Source of the DNA: a virus
IMG/VR virus record: IMGVR_UViG_3300025849_002481
Coordinates: 1-64,000 of that record
DNA: 64,000 bases
Direction: 5' to 3' (one strand)
A program made the translations under genes and the position numbers. Below, piece after piece: positions 41,236 through 51,152 of this stretch (the stretch's first letter is position 1; each line of letters starts with the position of its first letter). Below the pieces are notes generated by a model that saw nothing but the letters and a program-made list of their open reading frames with translations, was not told the origin of the DNA and ran no database searches.

Positions 41236-42913
41236 AATATTTGTAGGTTGGGATAGTCGAGAAGATATTGCATTCCAAGCATGTAAACAAAGTATAATAG
41301 ACACAGCAAGTGTTGATGTAGAAATTATACCTTTAAAACAACGACTACTAAAACGAGAAGGATTATATTGGCGCAAGTCAGATAAATTAGCAAGTACAGA
41401 ATTTACATTTACTCGTTTCTTGCTTCCTGAACTTACAGAATTTACTGGATGGGCATTGTTTATCGACTGTGACTTTATTGCATTAGACGATGTTAAGAAG
41501 TTGTTTGATCAAGCAGACGACAACTATGCATTAATGTGCGCCCAGCACGATTATACTCCTAAAGAAGGTTTTAAAATGGACGGCCAAGCACAGCTTAACT
41601 ATCCACGTAAAAATTGGAGTAGTATGATGTTAGTTAATTGCGGACATTCTAGCAATGCAAAACTAACAAAAGATCTAGTTAATGACCCTGACATTGATGG
41701 TAAGTACCTGCATAGATTTAGTTGGCTAGATGACAGTGAAGTAGGTAAAATCAGTCACGAATGGAACTGGTTAGTTGGATGGTACAATGAACCAGAAGAT
41801 GGTGCACCTAAATTCCTTCACTACACAGAAGGTGGTCCTTGGTTTGAACAATACAAAGATTGCGAATATAATCTAGAATATTATAGAGCCGAGCGCAAGT
41901 ATTACGAAACAGCTATCAAAGGTGCAGAACAAAAAGTTCTAGCAACAAAACATAAAGGATCTAACTATAATGCTTTATCAATACCATCGGATATTAAAGA
42001 AGCAGTGCAAGCTATAATAAACGGACCTATTGATCCTACAGGAAAATATTATGGCAACACACAGGAGGAAGCAATGAAGATTATACAAAACAAATTTATG
42101 AAGGGTACTGTTCATAAAAATGCAGCTATTGAACCCGAAGAGGGAATTAGCAAATATAAAAATGATTTTCAATATGACGAATATTTACAATCTTTTGTTA
42201 TAGGTAGCAGAGGAAGACTTAGTGATTGGAAGACTGAAGCAACTACTACTACGCCATTGATCATTAGAGGTCTTGGAGGAGGTAGTCGTAAGGCTATTAA
42301 ACATTGTTGGGAAAACGGAAGAGAATTTTACGCTATTGATACTGGCTACTTTGGAAATGAAGGTAGCAAAGCAAAGATATGGCATCGTGTTACTAAAAAC
42401 GAATTACAAAATACACAGCCAATTATATCACGTCCTGATGACAGACTTTTAAATTGGAAATATAAAAAGTTTAGTCCAGGAAGAAAAATATTACTAGTGC
42501 CGCCAAGTGAAAAGGTAATGTTTCTTTGGAATCAACCTACTCCGGAAGAATGGGTACAACAAGTCAAGGAAGAACTTAAACAGTATACTGATAGGCCGGT
42601 TGAAATTAGATTAAAACCTGATCGTAGACATAGAATTACTAATCAGTCTTTAGAAGCAGCAATGGATCGTGATGTACATTGTATTATAACATATAACAGT
42701 ATTGCAGCATTAGAAGCCTTAAACTTTGGTAAACCTGCTATTGCACTAGGTCCTAATTGTGCTACAGCAGTGTGTAATACAAACTTATCAGACATTGAAA
42801 ATTTAAATAAACCTAGTGAAGATAAGATGTACGCTTTGATGTGTCACCTAAGTTATTGTCAGTTTAATCGAGAAGAGATGATGAACGGCTATGCTTGGGA
42901 CATAGTCAAATGA
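41219..42913 (+). CDS. Fusion of a GT8-like GT-A domain and a KpsS-like GT-B domain
   Basis: IFVGWDSRE, STEFTFTRF, FIDCD, YPRKNWSS, HYTEGGPW; C-half DTGYF, IRLKP, ITYNSIAALEALNFGKP. Confidence 0.8.
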   Translation: MSEPLKIFVGWDSREDIAFQACKQSIIDTASVDVEIIPLKQRLLKREGLYWRKSDKLASTEFTFTRFLLPELTEFTGWALFIDCDFIALDDVKKLFDQADDNYALMCAQHDYTPKEGFKMDGQAQLNYPRKNWSSMMLVNCGHSSNAKLTKDLVNDPDIDGKYLHRFSWLDDSEVGKISHEWNWLVGWYNEPEDGAPKFLHYTEGGPWFEQYKDCEYNLEYYRAERKYYETAIKGAEQKVLATKHKGSNYNALSIPSDIKEAVQAIINGPIDPTGKYYGNTQEEAMKIIQNKFMKGTVHKNAAIEPEEGISKYKNDFQYDEYLQSFVIGSRGRLSDWKTEATTTTPLIIRGLGGGSRKAIKHCWENGREFYAIDTGYFGNEGSKAKIWHRVTKNELQNTQPIISRPDDRLLNWKYKKFSPGRKILLVPPSEKVMFLWNQPTPEEWVQQVKEELKQYTDRPVEIRLKPDRRHRITNQSLEAAMDRDVHCIITYNSIAALEALNFGKPAIALGPNCATAVCNTNLSDIENLNKPSEDKMYALMCHLSYCQFNREEMMNGYAWDIVK

Positions 42914-43839
42914 AAGTAGTTAGTTACTATAACGTAGTTCCGGATAAAAATAAAAGTCAAGAAAAATTTGATATATTAACTAAATTTATTAAAGGAGTTA
43001 ATGCTGTTGGCGATCAAGGAATATTACATAGAGGCTACGATCTTGTTGATGCAGATGTTGGGATAATTCAAGGTTGGCAACACGAGGTAGGTAAAAATGC
43101 ACCGCATCTTAGACTACGAAAAGCAGTTATGGATTGTACAAAAAATAAACATGTATGCGCCGCTGATGCAAACTTATTTCTATATGCTAACAAAACAAAT
43201 GAACCTCATCACTATTTAAGATATAGTTTTGATGGTGTATTTCCTAATACTGGAAAATATTTTGATAACAATCCTGATCCTAAAAGATGGCAACAGATAT
43301 CTAAAGATACTGGCATACAATTAGAGTCAATGAAAAGAACTGGAAAGAATATTCTTATATGTGCCCAGCGAAATCAAGGTTGGAGTATGGGAAGTCTTAA
43401 TCTACAAAAATGGATACTTAAGACATGCGGTCTTATAAGAAAATATAGTGACCGTCCTATTGTAATAAGATTACATCCAAAAGATAATGCATCAAATAGA
43501 AAAGCACCAGAATTACAGCAGGCATTGTTTATGGTTCCAAATAGTTCATTAAGCCGCACTAACACTTTAGAACAAGATTTAAATGACTGTTGGGCTGTGG
43601 TAAATCATAATAGTAGTAGTGTAGTTGGTCCAATAATAAAAGGGTATTCTTCATTTATTACAGACCCTGCAACTAGTCAATGTGCCGAAGTATCTCACCA
43701 AGGATTTGCTGATATTGAATCTCCTAAAGAGTTTGATAGACAAAAATGGTTAGAACGTATTAGTATGTTTCATTGGAAGTTTACAGAGTTAGAAGACGGT
43801 ACAGCTTGGAGACATATGCGGCAATATGTTAATTCCTAA
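42910..43839 (+). CDS. KpsS/GT107-like glycosyltransferase
   Basis: RPIVIRLHP, VVNHNSS..V..II.G, R..WL......W...E...G. Confidence 0.6.
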   Translation: MKVVSYYNVVPDKNKSQEKFDILTKFIKGVNAVGDQGILHRGYDLVDADVGIIQGWQHEVGKNAPHLRLRKAVMDCTKNKHVCAADANLFLYANKTNEPHHYLRYSFDGVFPNTGKYFDNNPDPKRWQQISKDTGIQLESMKRTGKNILICAQRNQGWSMGSLNLQKWILKTCGLIRKYSDRPIVIRLHPKDNASNRKAPELQQALFMVPNSSLSRTNTLEQDLNDCWAVVNHNSSSVVGPIIKGYSSFITDPATSQCAEVSHQGFADIESPKEFDRQKWLERISMFHWKFTELEDGTAWRHMRQYVNS

Positions 43840-44365
43840 TTACACCCCATATATGTTTAGAGTCGGTTGTAACAATTTCAACGTCAATATTATCTGCAAT
43901 TAGTTCTTTAACAAATTTGTTAACGCCTGTAATTTTTACATCATCAAATACAATAAGTTTACTATCTTTAACTTGTTCGTAATCGTGTTTTACAGTTTCG
44001 TAACTGTGCCCACCGTCGATATAAACAAAATCAAATACTGTAGACTTTAGTGTATCAGTAGTAAATCCCTTCATTAATTTATATTCTAAATTAGTATGCT
44101 TACGTTTCATTTTTCTAAAGTTTTGTTCTGCTACTGATATTAATGCAGGTGCTTTTCCGTTACGTTCTCTTTTATGAAAGGCTAAATCTGGAACATTGCC
44201 GTCAAATATATCGTAACCGTGATAGGTTAATTTTGGTACTCTTGGTGCAAATAAGTCAATAAACTGGTTTGCTGTTCCGCCTTTGTGTGTGCCAATTTCT
44301 CCGATAAATGAACACTTAGCATCACCAATAATATTTTCCATCGTTGTAAATAAAAATGGTTTCAT
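43829..44365 (-). CDS. SAM methyltransferase (Methyltransf_24-like)
   Basis: EIGTHKG, GYDIF, DFVYIDGGHSYETV..D, VFDD; TAATG-coupled start. Confidence 0.8.
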   Translation of the reverse strand: MKPFLFTTMENIIGDAKCSFIGEIGTHKGGTANQFIDLFAPRVPKLTYHGYDIFDGNVPDLAFHKRERNGKAPALISVAEQNFRKMKRKHTNLEYKLMKGFTTDTLKSTVFDFVYIDGGHSYETVKHDYEQVKDSKLIVFDDVKITGVNKFVKELIADNIDVEIVTTDSKHIWGVIRN

Positions 44366-45207
44366 TAACTTTTCCAATAACTTTCTGTACGATTAACCAT
44401 AATATCTTTAGCGTCAGACTTGCCTTTATCCTTACGGCCGCCTTTCATATGATCAATCCATGCACCTAGCTTAGTGTTAATTAGAGGATGTCCTCCTCCA
44501 CCTGTCTTAGCTTCTTTTAAATACATTTCTGCTGAGTAATCAAGCACATTAGGTGCAGTCTGTTTCATATTGTTAAGTATGTGTCCAAACACAAAACTAT
44601 CGTGCCATTCTTCTAATTTAAATATACCATTGTCAGCATCTTCATACATACGTTCAAACTCTGCTAAAAAGTCTTGACACCACGGGTCTTTTAGATTTAA
44701 TCCGTAGAAGCCACACTCAGGCCACGTCTGTGATCCTTTACCTCTACCTACATATGTGATCCAACTAGTGTTAGGCAATAGCTCTGCAAAGTCTTCATAT
44801 GCCCAATCACTATGTACAAATGTATCTGCATCCATCCACACACACCAGTCCTTAGAACGTGTACAAGCGTCATACACAGCATATGTCTTGTTAGCAAAGC
44901 GTACAGCGTCCCATTTAAACGCTTTATCCCAATCTTTACGTCTACGCTTAATGTCATCTGGCGGAATGCCGTTTGCTTTAGGGTCGTCTTTCCAGCGTTC
45001 TTTAAATGCATTTAATTTTGGTAACACTTGCTTTGCATCTAATATTTCTATTCTTGTAGGATCTGGATTAATAGGTTTACAATCTTCAGCGTATACTAAA
45101 AGTTTGATGCGTTTGTCTACCCTAGTAGAAAAGCTATCTAAAAATCGTTGTCCGTATTTTACCAATCCTGCTGGATGAAATGTTGTAACCACTGTTATTG
45201 CCGGCAT
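44365..45207 (-). CDS. GT-A fold glycosyltransferase
   Basis: VVTTF, AVRFANK, WMDAD, ECGF, WHDSFVF, DHMKG; SD GGAGA; TAAATA at 45244-45239. Confidence 0.7.
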   Translation of the reverse strand: MPAITVVTTFHPAGLVKYGQRFLDSFSTRVDKRIKLLVYAEDCKPINPDPTRIEILDAKQVLPKLNAFKERWKDDPKANGIPPDDIKRRRKDWDKAFKWDAVRFANKTYAVYDACTRSKDWCVWMDADTFVHSDWAYEDFAELLPNTSWITYVGRGKGSQTWPECGFYGLNLKDPWCQDFLAEFERMYEDADNGIFKLEEWHDSFVFGHILNNMKQTAPNVLDYSAEMYLKEAKTGGGGHPLINTKLGAWIDHMKGGRKDKGKSDAKDIMVNRTESYWKS

Positions 45208-45248
45208 TGTCTCTCCTTGGCTATATACTGTATGAAAGTATTTAACTT

Positions 45249-46082
45249 ATGAAGTTTAGTTTATGGACAGATTATGGCGCACTTAATAGTAGAGAAGTTT
45301 TTGATGCCTTTGCTAACAGCCTTGTGGTGGCTGGGCATACTGTTGTTTACAACGATCCTGTTTGTGATGTTGATGTTATTTGGAGCGTTCTTTGGAATGG
45401 TAGAATGGCTAGAAACGAAAGTATCTGGAATAACGATAGACCGACAATAGTATTAGAAGTAGGCGGGATCAAACGTGGAACAACATGGAAGGTAGGATTA
45501 AATGGAATTAACAGAGACGGTAATTTTGGCCGTACTAATAATAGCGATAGCCGTGTCCGTCTATTGGGACTCAAAGTAAAGCCTTGGCGTTATGACGGAG
45601 AATATATTCTTATCGCAGGACAACACGATAAAAGTTTACAATGGCAAGATATGCCATCAATGTCAAATTGGGTAAACAATACTATAACATTCATAAGAGC
45701 GCAAACAGAACGTCCTATCATATTTAGACCACATCCTAGGTGTCCGTTGCCTGCCATAGAACATGAATTTAAGAATGTTTATAGACAAACTCCAACACAC
45801 ATTAAAGGATCATATGATGACTTTGATATGAAGTTTGATAACATATGGGCAACTGTATGCTGGTCAAGTAACCCAGCAATACACAGTATAATAGAGGGTG
45901 TACCTGCATTCACTGGACCAAGTAGTTTAGCATTTGATGTAGCAGATCAAAACTTACGTAATATTGAGAATCCTCTATACTGTGACAGAACACAATGGCT
46001 AAATGACTATGCATACACTGAATGGACTGTAGAAGAAATTTCTCAAGGATTGCCACTTAAACGCTTGACATCGTTTATATAG
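45249..46082 (+). CDS. KpsS/GT107-like glycosyltransferase
   Basis: LEVG, LIAGQH, IIFRPHP, SSNPAIHSIIEGVP, RTQWL...AY.EW..EEI..G. Confidence 0.62.
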   Translation: MKFSLWTDYGALNSREVFDAFANSLVVAGHTVVYNDPVCDVDVIWSVLWNGRMARNESIWNNDRPTIVLEVGGIKRGTTWKVGLNGINRDGNFGRTNNSDSRVRLLGLKVKPWRYDGEYILIAGQHDKSLQWQDMPSMSNWVNNTITFIRAQTERPIIFRPHPRCPLPAIEHEFKNVYRQTPTHIKGSYDDFDMKFDNIWATVCWSSNPAIHSIIEGVPAFTGPSSLAFDVADQNLRNIENPLYCDRTQWLNDYAYTEWTVEEISQGLPLKRLTSFI

Positions 46083-46093
46083 TATAGTATACT
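46065..46093 (+). promoter_or_regulatory. Sigma70-type promoter
   Basis: TTGACA-17 bp-TATACT, with the ATG 6 nt downstream. Confidence 0.75.
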
Positions 46094-46099
46094 GTAAAC

Positions 46100-47329
46100 A
46101 TGGACAATATAAATTACACCATTGAAGATAGCCTTGAATATCTAGTCGGACTACGAAAAAATGTTTCGTTCCAACTTGACTCATCTGATGTGTCTTTTTT
46201 ACAGAGTATTGCTAGACAAACTTTTAAAGGAACTGCACTTACAGATAGACAATGCAATGTTGTTAAAGAAAAACTATTAAAATACAAAGATCAATTTCTT
46301 AAAGAAGATTATAATATCGATTATGCTTTAGATTATTTAAGAATGCCTCTTAGAGAAATTGATAGAAGTAAGTATGTTACAATTGCATATTATGCAGATG
46401 TACTGTGTATCAAAATTAGGTTTCCTTTTAGTAAAAATTTAATCTCCAAATTAGAATCAGTTACTAGACTAGTAAATCGAAATGATTACTTTCATGAAAA
46501 AGGAAGTCATGAACATTATTTTAGATTTAATGAAAGATCAATATTTGAAATAGTTTCTAAATTTCAATCTAATCAATTTGTTATTGATCAAGATATTATT
46601 GACATTTATGAAAAATTAGTAACAATGAATAATAATAAAAACGAGTATATACCAGGAGTTTACAATTTGAAATTAAAAAATTTAAGCGATATAGCAAAAA
46701 AATATATTTTTAGTAGTATCGGAGAACCTACTATTGAGAATCTAGCATTATACAAAGACAGACAACAACTATTTGGTCTACATCATTTTGATGAGAATGA
46801 TCTTAATGCTAGTCTAGACAATTTTACAACACTTTCTACAAATATTGTAAATCGTACTTCCTGTAATGTTTTTGTAAACAATACAAAATATACATTACAA
46901 AGTGTAGCAGAGTCGTTACTAGAATTAAATAGGTTTCCATTATTAGTTGTATTATCAGAAGATTCTTCACCACTTGACCAACTATACAGCGTATATCATT
47001 GTCTAAACGGATTTATTGAAAAAGGTGATTCAACAGTGCTGTTTAGACTCGACAATGATAAGAATTTTGAATTTAATAACTTTATTAAAAAATATAATTT
47101 AAATTCTCCACTTGACAAAAATACAAAAGTAGTGTATATTAGTATTAATAACATAACAAAACCATTGCTAAAATCAGAATGGAAGGCTAGTGCAACTTTA
47201 TTGATGTCTAGTCATAAGTTGATTTCAAAGGTTAAAACTTATGTTGATGAAAGTGATTTAATAATTCATTATGACGAGAACGTAAGTCAATATGCAAGAT
47301 TTAACGAGGATGGAATACAAGAAGTTTAA
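46100..47329 (+). CDS. Hypothetical protein coupled to uvsW (possible HARP-like segment)
   Basis: TAATG coupling; IKIRFPFSKNLI segment. Confidence 0.5.
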   Translation: MDNINYTIEDSLEYLVGLRKNVSFQLDSSDVSFLQSIARQTFKGTALTDRQCNVVKEKLLKYKDQFLKEDYNIDYALDYLRMPLREIDRSKYVTIAYYADVLCIKIRFPFSKNLISKLESVTRLVNRNDYFHEKGSHEHYFRFNERSIFEIVSKFQSNQFVIDQDIIDIYEKLVTMNNNKNEYIPGVYNLKLKNLSDIAKKYIFSSIGEPTIENLALYKDRQQLFGLHHFDENDLNASLDNFTTLSTNIVNRTSCNVFVNNTKYTLQSVAESLLELNRFPLLVVLSEDSSPLDQLYSVYHCLNGFIEKGDSTVLFRLDNDKNFEFNNFIKKYNLNSPLDKNTKVVYISINNITKPLLKSEWKASATLLMSSHKLISKVKTYVDESDLIIHYDENVSQYARFNEDGIQEV

Positions 47330-48792
47330 TGGCAAGTTGTAAACTAATAATTGAAGATGAAGTAAATATTAAGATCGAAGGTCTTGAAGTAGACGTACGA
47401 AGAAAACTTGCAAATGCTCTTAAGTTTGAAGTTCCGTATGCTCGTTACATGCCACAGTATAAACTAGGTCGCTGGGATGGCAAGGTTGCTTTCTTTGGCA
47501 TAGGCGGCACTGGTTATGTTAATCACTTAGACACTGTACAACAAGTTCTTGCTAAAAATAATGTACAGATTATAGACATTGACGATAGACGTCATCCAAT
47601 TAAATTAGAATTTACACCAGTAACAGAAACATATTGGAAAGACCAAGGCGTAGTATGGCCAGAAGGTCATCCAGCAGAAGGCGAAGATATTATTCTACGT
47701 GACTATCAAGTAGAAGCAATTAATAACTTTTTAAACAATCCACAGAGCTTGCAACAAATTGCTACTGGTGCCGGTAAAACAATTACAACAGCAACGTTGT
47801 CACACCTAAGCGAGCCGTATGGTAGGTCTCTAGTAATTGTTCCTAACAAGTCGTTAGTAGAACAAACTGAAGAGGACTATATTAACTGCGGGCTCGACGT
47901 AGGGGTATACTTTGGAGACAGAAAACAACTAGGTAAGACTCACACTATATGCACTTGGCAATCCTTAAATATTTTGGACAAGAAGCACAAGGACGGCTCG
48001 GCAGTATTAAGCCTTGCAGAATTCCTTGAAGATGTGAGCACTATTATTGTCGATGAGGTACACCAAGCCAAAGCAGAAGTTCTTAAGAACTTGCTTACAC
48101 GCAACCTACGTAATGCTCCTATCCGTTGGGGACTAACTGGTACAGTGCCTAAAGAGAAGTTTGAGTTTGAAAGTATTCATGCATCACTAGGTCCTGTTAT
48201 TGGTCAGATCAGCGCAAAAGAATTACAAGACAAAGGTGTGTTAGCAAACTGTCATGTTAATATATGTCAACTAATTGACACAGTAGCACACAGTGGTTAT
48301 CAAGAAGAATTAAAATATCTTGTCAATAATAAAGATAGGGTAGAATATATAGGCAAATTATTAAACACAGTAAGTCAAGAAGGCAATACATTAATACTCG
48401 TAGATAGAATTAGTGCAGGCGAGATGTTAGCAGAGCTAATACCTAACAGTACATTTGTTAGTGGTTCAGTTAAAGTAAAAGATAGGAAAGAAACATATGA
48501 TACGATTCGTGAAGGAACTAACGAGGTTATTATCGCAACCTATGGAGTTGCTGCTGTGGGTCTTAACATTCCTCGTATCTTTAACTTGGTTCTACTCGAG
48601 CCTGGAAAAAGTTTTGTAAGAGTAATCCAATCTATCGGTAGAGGCGTAAGAAAGGCAAAGGACAAAGACTTTGTGCAAATTTGGGATATCACATCAACGT
48701 GCAAATTTGCTAAACGACATTTAACACAACGTAAAAAATTCTATAAAGAAGCACAGTATCCGTTTACTATAGAAAAAATAGATTGGAACTAA
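47329..48792 (+). CDS. uvsW: SF2 DNA helicase
   Basis: WDG, LRDYQ, ATGAGKT, DEVH, GLTGT, QSIGRGVR. Confidence 0.93.
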   Translation: MASCKLIIEDEVNIKIEGLEVDVRRKLANALKFEVPYARYMPQYKLGRWDGKVAFFGIGGTGYVNHLDTVQQVLAKNNVQIIDIDDRRHPIKLEFTPVTETYWKDQGVVWPEGHPAEGEDIILRDYQVEAINNFLNNPQSLQQIATGAGKTITTATLSHLSEPYGRSLVIVPNKSLVEQTEEDYINCGLDVGVYFGDRKQLGKTHTICTWQSLNILDKKHKDGSAVLSLAEFLEDVSTIIVDEVHQAKAEVLKNLLTRNLRNAPIRWGLTGTVPKEKFEFESIHASLGPVIGQISAKELQDKGVLANCHVNICQLIDTVAHSGYQEELKYLVNNKDRVEYIGKLLNTVSQEGNTLILVDRISAGEMLAELIPNSTFVSGSVKVKDRKETYDTIREGTNEVIIATYGVAAVGLNIPRIFNLVLLEPGKSFVRVIQSIGRGVRKAKDKDFVQIWDITSTCKFAKRHLTQRKKFYKEAQYPFTIEKIDWN

Positions 48793-48796
48793 CTAT

Positions 48797-49303
48797 ATGC
48801 AAATACTAACATTAGATAACGTTTGTTATAAATTATCAAACTTACCAGACCAAATTGACGACGAAATACATTTCAGTGTATTAGATAATAGCGATGCTAA
48901 AAATCCTGATTTCTTTTTTATACCTTTAATCTTTATTGAATCATTTAATAGCCCGGCTATTGTAATGCAAATTAACGGCAAAGAAATAATGATGCCAGTA
49001 GATTGGTGCATGGCTGTGGGAGATAGTACTAGTGGAAATGATTTAGAAATACTTCCATTAACATCAATTAACGATAGAGGGTTTGAGGCATTTCTCTTTA
49101 ATCCGTTATCAAGTTATAAATTTGATTTTGGCGATATACAAATTACAAATTTTTACAATGACGTAAAATGGTATTTCCCTAAAATGAAAAACGGACAATT
49201 ATTAAGTGTACCAATAGAGGACGGACCTAAACCTCTATGTGCATACTTTGTTAAAGATATTAGTAGACAGAGTGAAGTAATAGATTATACTAATTTGCTG
49301 TAA
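48797..49303 (+). CDS. Hypothetical protein, possible degenerate Hint fold
   Basis: Hydrophobic pattern resembles intein blocks; no catalytic Cys1, His or Asn. Confidence 0.5.
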   Translation: MQILTLDNVCYKLSNLPDQIDDEIHFSVLDNSDAKNPDFFFIPLIFIESFNSPAIVMQINGKEIMMPVDWCMAVGDSTSGNDLEILPLTSINDRGFEAFLFNPLSSYKFDFGDIQITNFYNDVKWYFPKMKNGQLLSVPIEDGPKPLCAYFVKDISRQSEVIDYTNLL

Positions 49304-49314
49304 AGGAGAACAAC

Positions 49315-49674
49315 ATGGGAATTAAAGCAGGTAAAATTTGGGGGGCCACAGAGCTTATCCATGCGAACGGTGTATTAGAATTTCATCGTATCGAATATAA
49401 AGCAGGATACAAATGCTCAGAGCATGAGCATCAATTTAAATGGAACGGATTCTTTGTTGAATCAGGCAAGATGCTTGTCCGTGTTTGGCAAGATGATCAA
49501 GGATTAGTTGATGAAACTATCCTTGAAGCAGGGGACTTTACACAGGTAAAACCCGGAAAAATTCACCAGTTCGAAGGTTTAGAAGACGGTGTCGCTTTTG
49601 AATTATACTGGGCCGAATTTAATCATGACGACATTGTTCGTCGAACATCAGGCACCGCAACAGGAAAGAAGTAA
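49315..49674 (+). CDS. Cupin protein
   Basis: KIWG, CSEHEH..KWNGF.VESG, HQF, ELYW; SD AGGAG. Confidence 0.75.
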   Translation: MGIKAGKIWGATELIHANGVLEFHRIEYKAGYKCSEHEHQFKWNGFFVESGKMLVRVWQDDQGLVDETILEAGDFTQVKPGKIHQFEGLEDGVAFELYWAEFNHDDIVRRTSGTATGKK

Positions 49675-49677
49675 GAA

Positions 49678-50286
49678 ATGTTTAAAAACATCGATAAAAA
49701 GATGATGCTAAAACTTGCACTATTGCACGTTGTAGTAATCACAATCAGTAACGCACTAGTTGCGATTCCAGTAGAAATTGCTGGGTATAAGTTGACCTGG
49801 GCAGCGTTTACGTTCCCATTGGTTATTCTAGCAACTGACTTAACAGTTAGAATGTTAGGTAAGAATATTGCTCGAGCAACCATTGCCGCAGCATATCCAA
49901 TTGCAATTATTACAAGTATTGCAGTAGTACTAGCAGAAGGTGCACCAGAGAGTGTAGCAATGCGTATTGGATTTGCAAGTGCAACAGCATATGCTGTGGG
50001 TACGTTTATTGACGTATATGTGTTCCAAGCAATTAGAGAGCGTATGAATGTATGGTGGTTAGCACCTGCATTGTCAACAATCGTTGCAAACGTAATTGAC
50101 AGTTACACGTTCTTTGCAGTTGCATTCAACAACAGCGCCGATGAGTATATGGCCGCTAACTGGGTTGAAATTGCAGGTTCACAAGCCGTACTAAAAATTG
50201 TAGTAGGATTAATTATCTTCCTACCAGCATACGGGTTATTACTACGTTACATCAAAGGACGTACAAATGACACAGAAACGGGGTAA
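49678..50286 (+). CDS. yhhQ: Queuosine precursor (preQ0/preQ1) transporter
   Basis: Multi-TM; SN.LV, TWAAFTFP...LATDLTVR..G...AR, RI..AS..AY..G...DV.VF, WW.AP..S, DEYMAANW.EIA. Confidence 0.88.
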   Translation: MFKNIDKKMMLKLALLHVVVITISNALVAIPVEIAGYKLTWAAFTFPLVILATDLTVRMLGKNIARATIAAAYPIAIITSIAVVLAEGAPESVAMRIGFASATAYAVGTFIDVYVFQAIRERMNVWWLAPALSTIVANVIDSYTFFAVAFNNSADEYMAANWVEIAGSQAVLKIVVGLIIFLPAYGLLLRYIKGRTNDTETG

Positions 50287-50551
50287 ATTACTACCCGGAG
50301 AAGCAATGATATATGAGCGTAGCGATGGAGTCGTCTACGCTCATTATCGAGACAAGCCTGAGATCGAACGCTGGATTGTAGGCGGCGACCCAGGAGGAGT
50401 AGCAAGAGCTAACGGAGACTTAATAAGCTATAGTGAATGGCGAGAGTTATGTGAGTTAAGTGAAAAGTATCCAACACTAAAAAAATTATTGGATACATTA
50501 GTAACAACTTATTATACAATCAAGGAGCATAAAAATGATAAGACAAATTGA
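50267..50551 (+). CDS. Hypothetical protein
   Basis: Coupled ORF; PGEAMIYER..GV.YA. Confidence 0.55.
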   Translation: MTQKRGKLLPGEAMIYERSDGVVYAHYRDKPEIERWIVGGDPGGVARANGDLISYSEWRELCELSEKYPTLKKLLDTLVTTYYTIKEHKNDKTN

Positions 50552-51152
50552 AGGCTATCCTGTAAGCATTAATAAATTACAAGAAGACGATTTAAAAAAA
50601 TTACAAGATCATTATTTGCCTTTGATATTAAACAATGAAGACGATAGCTGTGAAGGATCATCGTCTAGTATTTCTAAGAATGCATCACAAAGATGGGGAG
50701 ACGCAGAGTTTTTTAACTTGTTAAATGAAACTATTTTACCAGGACCTTATATACAATCTTACTTAGATGCTTACATGTTTAGCTTTCCATATGAAGTTTT
50801 TATAGACTCTTGGTACAATGTTCATTATAAACACGATCATCAGCAATTGCATAATCATATAACAACAAATGTTCCTGCTTTTTCATGTGTAGTTGTTTTA
50901 AAACAACCAAATCCTGATGCAGGGCAATTTGTATTTAGGACACCAAACTTATCAAATCATTTAAAATACCTAGAATTAGATCCAGTAGATCAATATCCAA
51001 ATGTATATAAACCTCATATGGAAGATGGTTTAATAATTATATTTCCTTCTTGTCTAGAACATTATGTATATTATAATAGGACCGATGAAGCAAGAGTTGT
51101 ATTTGCTTCAAACATTAGATTAGAAAGAGAGAGATCAAAATGCGAATTATAG
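50535..51152 (+). CDS. 2OG-Fe(II) oxygenase (TIGR02466-like)
   Basis: WYNV, QQLHNH, FSCV, IIFPS.LEHYV, RVVFASN. Confidence 0.8.
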   Translation: MIRQIEGYPVSINKLQEDDLKKLQDHYLPLILNNEDDSCEGSSSSISKNASQRWGDAEFFNLLNETILPGPYIQSYLDAYMFSFPYEVFIDSWYNVHYKHDHQQLHNHITTNVPAFSCVVVLKQPNPDAGQFVFRTPNLSNHLKYLELDPVDQYPNVYKPHMEDGLIIIFPSCLEHYVYYNRTDEARVVFASNIRLERERSKCEL

